NCBI GenBank assembly: GCA_001179505.1
Contig: CDMY01000320.1
Coordinates: forward strand, 1 to 64,000
Source of the DNA: Vitrella brassicaformis CCMP3155
Taxonomy: Eukaryota > Protista > Chromerida
Length of the DNA stretch: 64,000 nucleotides
Direction of reading: 5' to 3'
The notes under the pieces are model-generated. The model saw only the letters and a program-made list of their open reading frames with translations. It was not told where the DNA came from and did not search any database. The position numbers were made by a program, and so were the translations under genes. How positions within the stretch are numbered: position 1 is the first letter of the stretch; every line of letters starts with the position of its first letter. Shown piece by piece: positions 50,545-62,364 of the stretch.

Positions 50545-51081
50545 TCACTCCAGCTTCATCTTCAGTCTGCGCGTGACAGCGATGACGGGCCCCTCATACT
50601 TGACGGGCTGCACCGGCTCCTTCTCAAGGGGCGCTGGAGGGACATTCACCTGTTGTCAAAACAAACACACACACACACACAGACAGACAGAGAGCGATGG
50701 TTCCACGCAGTCCCGTGCAGTCAGTGTACATGCTCATCGACTGACCTCTTCTCCCGGTTTGAGCAGCCCGACACTCATGGGCGACATGTGCCCCACAAAG
50801 GCGTCGTTCCAATCCCGTGTTCTCTCCTCCGTCCACGGCTTGGCCTTCTTGTCAAACAGAGTCGGGTTCTTTATCTCGTCCATGACAATCCAGCTGACGC
50901 CGAAGAAGATGCCCGTCGCCCACACGCACACCCTCCACTGCGGGCTGCCCTGCAGCGGCGCGTACCGCTTGAAGTTCCGCCACCACTTCTTGAACGACCC
51001 AAGAGGTGAGCCTACCGCTACGGACTCTGGCGGAGGAAGCTTGGGTGGTGGCTGGTGAAGGTTAAACGGATCCAGACTCAT
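50545..51081 (-). CDS. Small single-pass membrane hypothetical protein (2 exons)
   Basis: MSLDPFNLHQ...WRVCVWATGIFFGVSWIVMD..., spliced to VNVPPAPLEK...KMKLE*. Confidence 0.7.
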
Positions 51082-51278
51082 CTTCGGCGGTTTTCTTGGG
51101 GCGAGCTAAACCCTGAAACCCTTACCCAAAACGACTTCGAGAGAACGCGCTCCTTTTTGTTTTGGTTCTCGGTCGCGCCACAGAGTACGCCTGCAGATCC
51201 GACTGGTGTGTGTTTGGTGATTCATCACCACTTTTTCGGACAAGCAAGATTCCAAGGCTATTGGTGCCAGATTGGGCC

Positions 51279-53355
51279 ATGGACAAGCGCCCGGAGACTC
51301 TGCACGACCTCATGGGCACGCCCATGGGCGACGTGAGTGCCCACAGACGAGGCTGCACGAGATTGTTGCGTACTTACTGTGGTCGGTTGGTGCAGGTGGT
51401 GGGGTGGCTGGAGCCCCAGGACACTTGTATCCTCGACAAGAGGGAAAAACTCAGCAAGTGAGAACGAACGAGTTCGTTCATTGGGGGTGTGTGTTTGATC
51501 ATGGGGTGCGCGTGTGGTTGTGCATCATGGCTGCAGGTGTCTGACCGAGTTGCACCGTCGCGGTCTGCGCAGCTGTGTGGTCAAGGACGCCAACATGTTC
51601 CTCTTCTTCGAAACATCAGCCACATTCCACATCATGGACATGCGGGTACACCACAGCACAGCACAGCACAACAGACACATACGCACCCTCCCAATCGCCG
51701 ACCCATTCTTTCATATGTCGCGTATGTGTCACATGCAGGACGTCAACTGCTACGTGATGGATCTGATCCGCAAGCTAGAGGCCGAGAAGGCCCGAGGGAG
51801 CGGTGCGGCACCGGCAGAGGCCCCACCACCGCCAGCGGCCAGCAAGAAGGACAAGGACACCGTCACCATCTCGCTGACCGGCGTCACCAAGGCCCTGCAG
51901 CCAACAGACATCGGGGGCATTGCAAGTGAGCTGATAGGGACAGAGTGGGGAGAGGGAAGTCACGTGCAAATGGCCACACACGTGTGCTGTGCTGTGCCGT
52001 GTTGTCTTCTTTTGTAATGCAGATTACAGCAAGAAGAACGGCCCGCGTCCGTTGGACGCGAGTGAGACCCTCCGCGATGCGCTCAAGGCGTTCGAGGACA
52101 GCCCCAGAGTGTAAGGAGGACGTACCCTCATCCATCCATCCATCCATCTGTGTGTGTGTGTGTGTGTGGTGTTTGGTTTGTGGTGCTTGGTCAGTCCGGT
52201 GCTGCTGAACTCGAAGCTGCTTCGCATATTCAGCGCCGTCGACTTCTTCCAAATACTCAAGGTGAGAAGCAAATGGAGACCCTTTAACAGTGCATTTGTC
52301 TGTCTGTCTGTCTGTTCAACAGGAGGGCAAGTACCTGCCGGAGATCGAGAGCATGTCGGTAAGACGTCCATCCATCCATCCGTCCATCATCCATCCACAC
52401 GGGCGGCCCATCCCTTCCTCCCTCTCTCCCTCCCTCCTCGTCTATCTGTGTATGCCTCCCTGCAGCCGTTGAAGCACACGGACAGCTTCCCCCTGGATGT
52501 CGTCGCCCTCAACGAAGCAGACACACTTTTCAAAGTGAGCCAGTCAGGGACAGAACCAGCGACTGTGATCCCTCCCGCGTGTGTGCGTGCATGTGTGTGT
52601 GCGTGTGTGTGTGTGGTTGGTTGCTTAGGCGATGCGTCTGTTTGAGAGCACGGGTTACTCTGCGCTGCCCATCACTGAGGGCACCGAGAGCCCCGGCGGC
52701 AGGGGCAGGACACTCGCAGTCATATCCGTCAGAGACCTCGCGGTCAGCTCACTTAACACACATGGCACACAGCACAGCACGGCACGCAGTAGTCTGTGTG
52801 TGGTGTGCATCGAGTGTGTCGTGCGTGTCCGTGTGCGTGTGTCAGTCGCTGGCCATCCACAATGGGCTGCATCCTGAAAGCGTCTTCAACGAGCCCGCGG
52901 TAGCCATGCCATCCTGACACTCGACTGTGGAGGCTCGTGGTGTGGTGTTGTGTGTGTTGTGTGCAGATAGAGTTTTTGACCCGTGTGCGTCAGCAGGACG
53001 TGACGGGCAAGACGGGCAAGTCGCGCTTCCCCTACATCCACGTGCCGCACGACGCCACGCTGCAGATGGTCGTGTCGAAACTCATCACCACACGGGTATG
53101 TATGGGAAGCTTACCCGGTCTCTCTTTTTCCTCTTCCTCTTTCTCTCCCTCTCTCAAAATCAATAAACCATCTCGTGGTTGTCTGTGTGCGCGTGCAGAT
53201 CCACCGTGTTTTGTTGTGTGACCAGAACGACAACGTCACCGGTAAGTGCGCATCCATGTTGGGGTGCGTGTGACTCGATGGATGGATGGATGGATGTGTT
53301 GTCAGGTGTGTTGTCGATCACCGACGTGGCCAAGCGGCTGGGCAGAGTGCTCTAG
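51279..53355 (+). CDS. CBS-domain protein (AMPK-gamma/SNF4-like)
   Basis: CBS-like segments: AMRLFESTGYSALPI...LAVISVRDL and TLQMVVSKLITTRIHRVFVVD...GVLSITDV. About 11 exons. Confidence 0.8.
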
Positions 53356-54093
53356 AGCCCACTCTATCTGTGTGTGGTTTAACTAAGCCCCTCCAGTTGG
53401 CCACGGAGGGGGGCCTCAATTTCTCCTCCTTCCCTCTCATTTCTCGTACTCAGTCGGTGGGTGTGTGGAATCTTAGCCAGGGAGACGCACAGCCAAATCG
53501 GGTCTAGCTCTTGTCGCTCGTGGCTGTCGGCGTGCCAGTGTGTGAGTGGGGTGTGTGTGTGTGTGTGTGTGTGTGGGAGGGGGCGGGAGGGGGAGGGGGC
53601 CAGGGAGCATTCGTTGCGGCGGGGTGTGGGGTTATTTCACCTGTCGCGTCAATTGCTGAGCCGTGCCATGTGTGTTGTGGTGATTAACATGTGAGTTTGT
53701 AAATATGGGCTAGCTGCTACACGCTCCGCTGCTTCGGATGCACCACACGATGCGCACACCCAACTGAATAACGGACTGTCTCTCTCTCTCTCGTGCGTGG
53801 TGTGTGTGTATTTTTGCCTGTCTGTCTGTCTGTGATTGGTGTGACCAGCTGAGCTGTCTCTCTCTACAGTGCAGTGTGTGTCTACTGTACATATAAGATG
53901 AGAAGGAATGAATACTGACCGCCACATTGGTCCGTTGACGCTACGCTGCTTGGCTTGTATTGCTTGCTGCCTTTAAATGATAATGAATGAATCATGCCCT
54001 GACACACACCCACACAGACACACCGCGACACCGACACGCACTCACAGACGCGGCAAGCTGCACACAAATGGGACAAGCCATCTGTCTGTCTGT

Positions 54094-57000
54094 CTAGCTG
54101 CCCAGCTGCACCGACTGCACAATCGACTGCTGCAAGAAGTCCCTCTGAGCGATCCACTTCTCCTCAGCTGACCCGCTCCGGCCTCCCGCAGACGCCCATG
54201 CAGCAAGATCCAGCTGACACACACACATCCGTCCATCCCTCCCTCCTTGTCATGATTGATGGTGCGCCTACCGTGGCAACGCGGCAGCCCAGTTTCTGCA
54301 GCGCCCTCTGCCTCAGTCGAAATGGCGCCGTCCACTCCCCCATCGCAAATGTGGGCATCGAGTAGGCGGCATCCCCCTCTCCCTCTCCCTCCTTCTCTCT
54401 GTCCGGCTTGTGGTCAATGTCCGTCCTGTATCTGTTGACATCGCCGTCAGGCTCCACAACGATCCGCTCCACACAGCCGGCGGCTCCATGCTCCATCTCA
54501 ATCACGCCCGTCACAGCCAGCGGCCCCACCATCTGTGTGGGTGCCTCCCATCCACCCTTGCCCCGCCCGCCCCACCCCCACTGGCTCGCCGTCTTGACCA
54601 CACGCACAGAGGGCACCTCCTCCATCTGCTGCAGCAGCGAGATGGGCAGAGGGATGGGCGAGGGCAGGAACACCCCGGGGTAGAACGGATCGCTCATGTG
54701 CGGCGCCTTGGATATGCCGAGCGGGTCGGCCCGCACGTGCGAGTGGGCCACCGGGAGGGCGGCCTGGGAGATCGGTCGAGAATGCACCATGTCCAGCAGC
54801 CTCTCGAGGAGGTCCGCTTGGGAGAGGGGAACTGGTGTGTCGGGGTCGATAAAGAGGGAACAGAGGTGCAGCACCGCCAGCTGTGAGGGCGTGAGCAGTG
54901 CGTGCGATGCGTAGGGGCCGGGGAGGCGGCGCGAGAGCTCCGCCATGACGAGCGGCAGTGAGATGGAGGGTGCTGTCGATGATTGACACGATGCGCTCTC
55001 GAGGAGGCTCGCCAGGCAGAGCTGTGCGAGGGAGGGGATGGGCAGAATGGGCATCGACCGCACCAGCCGTCGAGACAGGTTCTGCCGGCTCGCCTCGTCC
55101 AACACGTCCACCAGCTGCATGGACACCACATACACACACGTCTGGTTCGATCCACCCCCATTCACGCCTTGCCACCCACCTGCAGCTCGGTCAGTGCCAG
55201 CCATATGGCGGCGTAGCAGCTGTCGATCTCTGGTGTCGGCCTTGGCTCCTCCGGAGGCGCTTTCCTCGACCAGTGCTCGACGGCCTGCAGCAGGGGGTAC
55301 ACAACCGACGGCAGCCGACCGCGGAGCGCCGCGACATTCTGACAAGAAAGCACACGGAAAAGTGCGCATCTCCACACACAGAGACACCGCTTGTGTGTCC
55401 TCACCTTGAGAGTGACGGCCAGCCGTCTGATCGTCTCATATCCGTCACCATGTCCATCCTCCACCAGCCCGTAGGTCAGCCCAGGGTCGGCCACCAAGGC
55501 CCTCACCGCAGCCGCCACCCCCTCGTCACCTACCATGCCGCTCGCCTCCATCGCCACACCCAGACCGCTCCATCGGTCGGGGCCCCAGCAGGACAGCTCA
55601 GTCACGATCTCCGGCACACGCACACGGTGGGCGGACTTGGTGCTGGTGCGGCTGTTGGTGTCTTGGCTTTCTTCCATTGGTGGGACGATCGTGAGAATCG
55701 CTCGGCGGGCCTTCTTGTATGGAGGGGGCGGTTGTTGCTGCGGCTGCAGCTGCTCGCTTGTGTCGTTGTCTGAGTCGAGTGTCGGCTCCTTATCGTCAAG
55801 CTCGTCAGAGAAGACGCTCTCCAACTCATGGCCGTTGGAGGGCTCTTGATTTGACCAGAATGCCGGGAAGCCTGCCGCTGCTGCTGGGGGCGGTGGTGGA
55901 GATGTCAATGGCGGTCTGGCATGCTGGATGTCTTCGTAGAACCTGACAGCTCGGTCGCACAGCTGTGTGGCCTTGACGGCCATACTCCGAAAGAGATGGG
56001 TGAACTGCCGCTCCACCTTGGCCAGAACGCCCCCTTGCCCATCCCCAGCAGCAGCCGCTGTCACCGCATGATCACCCTGCTGCGCAGAGACCACCATCAT
56101 GTCACCACCCGAAGAAGCGCCCCCATCATTCTCACTAAGCAGCCGTGGCCGGTCTCCCTCCATCAGGCGGTCCCACACCCACCTCTCACGGACGGCCCTC
56201 CGCACATCCCCAGGGTCGCCCCACTCATAGCTGCTCGCCACGCCGGCCAGCGAGTGCATCACTCGCAGCAGGGACGGGCCCCTCAGGTCGTCGAGCTGCC
56301 TGTGCAGGCCGTCCACCAGCACACCGAGTAGGAGGGGATCCCTCATGTCGGTGCGGCATGAGGCGGCGAGGAGCTTGGAGAGGTCTTGGGCGTTGAAGCG
56401 CGTGTGGGTGGATGGGAGGAGTCGGGACATGTGGTAGAGAAGGGGTGGGGGGAGGGCGTTGGCGGCGGCGAGTGAGTGCAGGAGGTTGCTCGCCTGTGGC
56501 GGGCTGAAACCCCTGAAGACAGACAGACAGACACGGATATGCGACGCCTGCAGCAGTGCCGCATCCCTTCAAACCCACATGAGCTTCTCATTGGCCAGGC
56601 GTCCGATTTCCTTCAACACTCTTTCCACATCACCGTTCCCATCACCCTCTCTGCCCACCACACACCCAGCGGCCCACGCCAGCGAAGTCAGGTCCATCGC
56701 AGTCAGCTGGCCGGTCGTCACCCGCCCCTCCAAATGACACCACAGCACACTCATCAGCCGCCCATCAAGCCGCCCCCGCACCGCAAAGGCGCTCGCGACG
56801 ATGGCTGCGTGCCGCGGCGACAGCGTCAGAGAGGGAGGGGGCGGGGGAGGGGACCAGCCTTCAGGCAAGTTGAGGGCCGGGGGCGGCTGGCCTGGGGGGA
56901 GGGGTGGTCGTGCCGATGAGTAACACATTGGTACAGATGAGCGCGGCAAGGCGTCGAGCAGGTGCTCGCGGATGCGCGAGAAGACCCTGTCGAACGGGCC

Positions 57001-57585
57001 GTGGATCTTGGACAGCGCCCACACGATGTTGGCGACGTCCTGGCTCTGGGCGGCCGGCAGCTTCGTCAAGAACAAATCTCCCAGCCGGGCAAACAGCGCC
57101 GGAAGAGCCAGGTCTGTGGCCAATCGTTGCGAAGGCGGCAGACGACTGAGGGCGTTCATCGATATGGCAATATCCGTGGCGCCGAACCGCTCACTCTTTG
57201 CCTTGATGGTGTGAACAAACAGCCGATAGAGAGCCGGGTCGTTGTACCCGGCCATGACGAAGTAGTGCAGCAGGAGGGAGATGTCCTTGGGCGCCATCTT
57301 GGGCACCTTCCTTCGCGCAAACTGCCCGAATGCGTACCACTGGCCCTCTCTGAAAGAGCCGCTGTTGAATGCATTGGACACCATCAGCCGCAGACCGACG
57401 CTCGTATGCGGGCTGAGCCGGTTCCGCCGCTTGCTGCCCAGTGCAGAGGGGGATCTGTCGATGCCATCCAGATCCACGCCGGGCGCGTCAGGCATGTAGA
57501 AAGAGGGGCGTCTGGGGTGATGGGATGTTGGCTGAGATGGAGGTGGGGAAGGAGAGGGAACAAGGCAACGCACGGAGCGCTTCAT
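54094..57585 (-). CDS. Helical-repeat (OPR/HPR-like) RAP-domain protein, probably an organellar RNA-binding factor
   Basis: Repeats such as PKDISLLLHYF, ATDIAISMNALSRL, SQDVANIVWALSKI and AQDLSKLLAAS. C-terminal IVVEPDG...FRLRQRALQKLGCRVATLDLAAW resembles a RAP domain. N-terminus is Arg/Ser/Pro-rich. Confidence 0.7.
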
Positions 57586-57663
57586 CTTCCTCTCTCCACG
57601 CCAAGCTTGCAGAGGCGGGTGCGAGCTTGGCCCGAAGGCGATTTTCTCTTCCGCTCCGTCCCA

Positions 57664-58280
57664 ATGGCACCGAGAGTCATTGAGGTGAGCGCCAAATCAT
57701 CGCATGACGAAGATCTCTCCGATTTCGACTCATAGGGTGTGTTCATTCATTGCAGGTTGAACCGTCCTTCTTTCGCCTTGATCCGGACGACGAACAGGTG
57801 CAGGAGATCGCAAAGTGCCTCCCAGGTACATCACATCCACACACACACACACACACACAGACAGAAAGATTCAGATACAAAGATAGATGGATGAATGCAA
57901 CTAACTCATCTGTGTGGTGGTCTGACTGGCTGCCTGTGTCTGTGTGCCCCTTCTCTGTCTGCCAGGTTTTGACTTCAAGGGGGTGCCTGCCTTCTTTGAC
58001 GTGGGCGGCATCGTCACGCAGCCCGACACCTTCCAGCGGGTGATTGACCTCTTCGTGCAGCGATACAACAGTGACCCGTCGCAGCACCGGATCACCAAGG
58101 TGGCTGGGTTCGAGGCCAGGGGGTTCGTTTTCGGTCCGCCCATCGCGTTGGCCCTCAAGGTGCCGTTCGTCATGCTCAGGAAGAAGGGGAAGCTCCCCGG
58201 GCCTGTCATGATGTCAGCTAGCATCCACAGCATTCCGTTGCAGAGGGGATGCTGTCCTCTCCTCTCTCTCTCTCTCTCTC

Positions 58281-58311
<31 letters not shown>

Positions 58312-59169
58312 AGGTACGAGTATGAGACTGAGTACAGCCAGGACAATCTGTGCTGTGCCTGCACAGCCATCAAGGTGAGTGGAGGAATAGACTCGCCCAT
58401 CCAGCCAAGCCAGCATATGAGCCGCTTCGTTTCTGTGCTTCAGGAAGGTCAGCTGGCGGCTCACATGCACAATGCTCCCATCCATCGCGTGTGGCTTCCA
58501 GGTGATCGTGTGCTGCTCATTGACGATCTCTTGGCCACTGGCGGCACACTCATTGCTGGCGCCAAGCTAGTCCAGGGGCTTGGGGGAGAGGTGGTTGAAT
58601 GCTGCCTCGTCACGGTCATTGAGGGCCTCAAGGGATGGAGAAGGTAGGCGGGGCGGGTGAGCATACAGATGCAAATGGAGATGACACTTCTGAAACACAT
58701 TTCTGTCTGCTGTGTGTGTGTGTAGGTTTCATGAGGCGATAAAGGAGATCCCCATCTTCACCCTGGTGGACTGTGCCAGGACGCCCTCCATGCCGGAGGG
58801 GTCCACGGCATCCTACACAGTCGAAATGCAGTACAGAAAGGCCAACGACAGTGAATGATGGAACGTACTTTATGGCGTTTGGGTGTTTACGTGCAGTTCG
58901 GAGGAGGCGCGGTGCATCCGCGATGCGGTGAAAGATGCCGACTCACGGAGCGTACTGATCAAGAGCGACGGCGGATCCTACACCACTGGCATACCCGGTG
59001 CGTGGCTGCACCCACTGCACACATGGCTTCAACAATTGCCTCATTGTCCGCTGTGGCGTGTGTGTGTGCGTGTGCGTGTGGTTCAGGTGCGGATGGCAAG
59101 TACAACGAGAGGTACCTGGAAGAGGCCGTTGAGGACACAGTCGAGACGCAGCTTGAGAAGGACAGATAG
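57664..59169 (+). CDS. APRT: Adenine phosphoribosyltransferase, probably with C-terminal extension
   Basis: AGFEARGFVFG, VPFVMLRKKGKLPG, YETEY and the PRPP-binding motif VLLIDDLLATGGT. The end is either TGA ~58857 or, via two more exons, TAG 59169. Confidence 0.9.
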
Positions 59170-59565
59170 ATAGATGAGACGCACACGCCACTCAGTTCTG
59201 TTCGGACGCAGGACGTGTGTTACTTGATCTGTTTGTTGGTCGATGGACGTGTGTGTGGATGGAATAAATGAAGCCGAGCCGCACGATTCAGATGGACTCA
59301 TTTGTCCGTGTGACCGCATCGAAACGTTACATAGCGCTCACATTCATCATCAGTTCCATCATCAGTTGGCCAGGCCTTTTTGCGTCGAGAATAATGACCG
59401 CGACGAGACAATTTACCAAAAAGCATCTGTCCGGCGACCTCCCCTGCCCAGCCGTGCCACAAACAACAAGACCACCGCCACCACACACACCAGCGGTGGC
59501 AAAGACGACTGGGCTTCGTTTGGTGGCGACCGCGGCAGCGTGCCCTGCGGGAGAGGGCCGTAGAG

Positions 59566-61827
59566 ATGCCGGTGGCTGAGGAGCCGGATGAGGTGTGTGC
59601 CGACGTGGGCGAGGAGGAGCCGAGCATCCTCCCCCTGCCGCACCTCAGCAACACGGCCGCCACACGCCTCCCCGACCACCGCGGCACCAGCGAGGCCGGC
59701 AGCAGCCGAGAGGCCGCGGGAGCACCAAGCCCGTCAGTAGAGGGGGAGGGAGAGGGTGAGGGTGAGGGGGAGGAGGGCGATGAGTGGCTGGCCGACTTGG
59801 GCGAGGAGGAGACCCCCATCAGCCACCTTCTTTGCAGCAGCAGCCCTTTTAGCATCGCCACTCGGGATGTAGCCGACACAACGAACGAGGATAGCAAATC
59901 GCAACAAGGCAAGTGGCGGACTGACTGGTCAGTCAGCCAGTGTGATTGGTTGATGGTCATGAGTTCAACTGTCGTATGTCTGTTGGCTGGCTCTGCGTTG
60001 CCTTCCGTTGCTCTCTCTATGTGCAGGTGTGTCAGTGGCCGAGCCGTGTGGCGAAGGACCCCCTCCCGCCCCTACCCTCGCACATGCACCACCCGCCATC
60101 CTGCGCCTGAAGAGCGGAGCCGAAGTAGAGCTCCGAGTCAAGCTCGGCGAGGGCACTCGCGGCAAGGTGATGGCCGGCGTGGTCAACAGGCGATGGATGG
60201 CCTTCAAAATGGCCATTAGGGGGGCGGCCAGCCGGACCATCTGCGAGGAGATGGAGGCCGAGAGGGCCACGATGGAGAGGCTGCAGCAGCGGAGGAGGGA
60301 GAGGGGTGAGATGGGCCTGTTTCTCGACATCTACGACTACGCGGGCCCCTCTGACGGCGCCACGTTCCGCGCGAGCCCCTCTGAGCCGCCGCAGGAGTGC
60401 CTCTACCTGGCCCAGCAGCTCGTCAACGACCCGCCCAGCAGCGACACGTTTGTGTGCCTGAACGACCTGCTGTGGGAGGAGAGCGGCGGGCTCAACCTGG
60501 CGGGCATCTCAGCAGCTCATCCACCCACACAGCCGGTCTTCGACAAGGCCATGGGGATGATTGGCAAGTTGCTGATGATGGTTAGGGCGCTGCGTGAGGC
60601 GGTCAGGGGCACCGGAGGGCCCTGGAGGACTACGACTCAATGCTGCCCTACCACTGCATGAACAACCTCTATGTCCGCAGGAGCGCCATCGCACGGGGTA
60701 AGTAAATCGATAGGTCACACACACACACGCACATACACACACAGACAGACAGACCATCAATCGCACACACCACAGATACGCACATGATGATTCCGCTTTG
60801 GTAAGTTACTTGCATTGCTTTTGTGTCGATATGATGTGGCTTGCCTGGCTCAGGTCATAGCGACGTGTCTGAGGCCGCCAACGTGATCTTCATTGACCAC
60901 GGCAACACCCTTCACACGCGCACCCCCGGCCCGCTGCTCCGCCGCAAGGACGACACCACTCCCCCCCGGCCATACCCCGGCAAAGCCGCCCTCGTGCCCA
61001 CAGACTCGTCGACCAGGGAAGTGGAGCGGCAGCTGGCCGGTTTCACCAACTTCGGCGGCGCCCCAGAGCAGCTGCTGTACTGGCATCGGCGGCGGCAGCT
61101 GCTCAACGATTGGTCGCAGAGAGTGGGCCCGTTCTACTTTGAGGAGCGAGAGATTCGCGGGGCAGACGGCCAGCTGTGCCGACAGAATGTCCATTCTATG
61201 GCCAATTCCGCCGTTGACGAGCTGCGGGCCGACAGGGTGGTGCCTGCTGCCCCTAAGCCTGCTCAGGGTGTGTGGATGGGCGAGCCGACGGTGGCCTTCC
61301 AGTTCGGCCTTCTCATCCACAACGTCCTCCGGGCCGAGCGGTGGCAAAGGATGCTGGAGCGGCTGGAGTCGTGGGCCGACAAATCCCACATAGAGCCGCC
61401 GGATGGCGCCACTGAGGTCGACAAGGCGATCTGCGCTCTCGGCCCCGGTTTCTACCGGCACATGCAGCAAGGCCTGCTTGCCCTCAGCTGGCGCCACACC
61501 TTCTCGCTCATTTCCGAGCCCAATGGCCACCTCAAGATGGAGGAGGGCAGACGGCACCTGCATGAGCGGACACAGGAAGAGGGCCTGGGGTGGCTGGAGG
61601 GCGTCTTACAGCGGCTGGAGGCCATCTGTCCAAGCGCCCTGCAGTTCCTCCCCTCGGAGCGATGCACTCTCGCCCACATCGATGCCAAGCTCTCGGAGGT
61701 CCTTGACCTTCTCGAGTCGGTAGAGGTGCCGGTGGCTGAGGAGCCGGATGAGGTGTGCGCCGATGTGGGCGAGGGGGAGCTTTGTGGCTGGCCTCTCTTC
61801 TCTTGCTGCTGGTCGGTATCTATCTAG
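59566..61827 (+). pseudogene. Divergent kinase-like gene (probable pseudokinase) with frameshift near 60600
   Basis: KLGEGTRGKV (Gly loop), MAFK, EMEAE and VIFIDHG, but no clear HRD. The frame stops at 60661, before the donor at 60698. Likely GC-AG intron 59909-60026. Confidence 0.65.
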
Positions 61828-62072
61828 CTTCTCTGATCTCTCCCTCTTTCTCTCTCCCTAGTCTCTCTCTCTCTCTCTGTTGGCTGTGGTGGTCGTGGCG
61901 GACGGAAAGGATAAGAGAAGGGCAGTACAGCCCACAGGAAGGCAAAAGAAGCGAAGAAAGGCCCACCAGAAGGCCAGCGAGGACAGATACATACCCACAC
62001 ACCGCCCAATACTCTCACTGATGGATGGTGAGTGAAACCAGCACAGCACGGCACACACACGCGGATGCATAA

Positions 62073-62113
<41 letters not shown>

Positions 62114-62364
62114 GGCGAGCCGATAGTCCAATCGGTGCCTACTTTTTATATTTCGAAGGTCTCTTGCTTCTCCTGCCGTGCGTTGATTATGTCTCTGTTC
62201 ATGTGGATTTGGTTGACCTTCCTTGACGGGAAACTGATACGTTGAATGACCTGTGTACCAGCACCTACGGACCAACATGTGTGCCCAATCATAAAGACGC
62301 TCATATGTAGGTATGTACAATGGCATGCATATCACACATGTCTCAGCCGCCTGCATCACACCGC

